Below, one piece after another: positions 63,639 through 64,000 of a stretch of DNA of 64,000 bases. The position numbers and the translations under genes are program-made. Position 1 is the first letter of the stretch, and the number at the start of each line of letters is the position of its first letter. Origin of the DNA: an uncultured Geobacteraceae bacterium. Lineage in GTDB: Bacteria; Desulfobacterota; Desulfuromonadia; Geobacterales; Pseudopelobacteraceae. The stretch is from the NCBI GenBank assembly GCA_903876875.1, contig CAIRBT010000130.1:9431-73430 (forward strand), read 5' to 3'. The notes under the pieces are model-generated. The model worked only from the letters and a program-made list of their open reading frames with translations. It searched no databases and was not told the DNA's origin.

Positions 63639-64000
63639 ATGCAATGGTTTTATAACATGAAGCTGAGAGCAAAACTTATGACCGGATTTGTTCTGGTCGC
63701 CCTTGTGGCAGCGGTGCTGGGGGTCATCGGTATTAAGGAAATCAGGACAATAGATGAAGCTGATACCCGACTCTATGAGAAAATGACCATGCCGCTCAGT
63801 CAGGTTGGTGATATGAGTACTTCATTTCAGAGGATGCGCTGTAATTTTCTTGAAATTTACACAACGGATTCAGTTGAAAAACAGAATGATTTTTTAAAGC
63901 GTATAGCAGAGCGTGATAAGGAAATGGATGAACTCTTTGCTAAATATGAGAAAACCATCCTTACCGAGGATGGGAGAAAAGTCTTTAAGGAACTCCAGGT
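63639..64000 (+). CDS. Methyl-accepting chemotaxis protein, N-terminal part (4HB_MCP-type sensor), truncated by the window end
   Basis: GGAGG lies 9 nt before ATG 63639. The frame is open to position 64000. MQWFYNMKLRAKLMTGFVLVALVAAVLGVIGI... is the typical 4-helix-bundle MCP N-terminus plus TM1. It is absent from the ORF track, which appears to list only ORFs with an in-window stop. Confidence 0.75.
   Translation, partial: MQWFYNMKLRAKLMTGFVLVALVAAVLGVIGIKEIRTIDEADTRLYEKMTMPLSQVGDMSTSFQRMRCNFLEIYTTDSVEKQNDFLKRIAERDKEMDELFAKYEKTILTEDGRKVFKELQ

Overview
Densely coding 64-kb chromosomal window: about 55 CDS and one tRNA-Asp. I saw no rRNA, CRISPR array, transposase, integrase, phage gene or recognisable defence gene. 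The gene content (many sigma-54/two-component genes, NrdJ, QueH, 2x[4Fe-4S] ferredoxin) suggests an anaerobic Desulfobacterota-like genome; that is a guess, not a measurement.

Layout:
- 1-19.9 kb: housekeeping and signalling genes. These are a SPOR-NlpC/P60 hydrolase, a YhdH/AcuI reductase, a Cache-PAS hybrid kinase with a REC protein, tRNA-Asp, class II RNR nrdJ with NrdR boxes, a beta-helix exoprotein, a class V aminotransferase, PIN-PhoH, tsaD-rsmA-tsaC, a YihY protein and an orphan sucA.
- 19.9-24.9 kb: two uncharacterised envelope proteins plus an orphan GspE/PilB-type ATPase with MshEN-like N-terminal motifs.
- 25-33 kb: rimP-nusA-(ylxR::L7Ae fusion)-infB-rbfA-nrnA-truB, then a chromate-transporter-family gene.
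- 33-45.3 kb: a minus-strand radical-SAM / PH-domain / PLP-decarboxylase operon. It is divergent, across a 383-bp AT-rich region, from a 7.8-kb gene for a highly repetitive DUF4347 / cadherin-VCBS-like protein followed by a lipoprotein gene.
- 45.5-53.5 kb: trmL-truD, ackA, a 55-aa ferredoxin that is absent from the ORF track, and dCMP deaminase-nrdR-ribD-ribE-ribBA-queH.
- 53.6-64 kb: the best candidate for an undescribed system. It is a sigma-54 EBP gene, palindromic upstream sites and a -24/-12 promoter, followed by a tightly coupled operon. The operon mixes two-component parts (a DHp-only protein lacking the phospho-acceptor His, a REC-HK, a REC) with non-canonical chemosensory parts: a soluble protein with two MCP hairpin-tip-like segments, STAS, CheY, a CheA with a tandem MshEN-like (c-di-GMP-receptor-like) motif, a truncated CheR translationally coupled to an MBL hydrolase, then a 4HB MCP. 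There is no CheW, CheB, CheD or CheZ.

All calls rest on reading the translated ORFs and the DNA. No database search was run.
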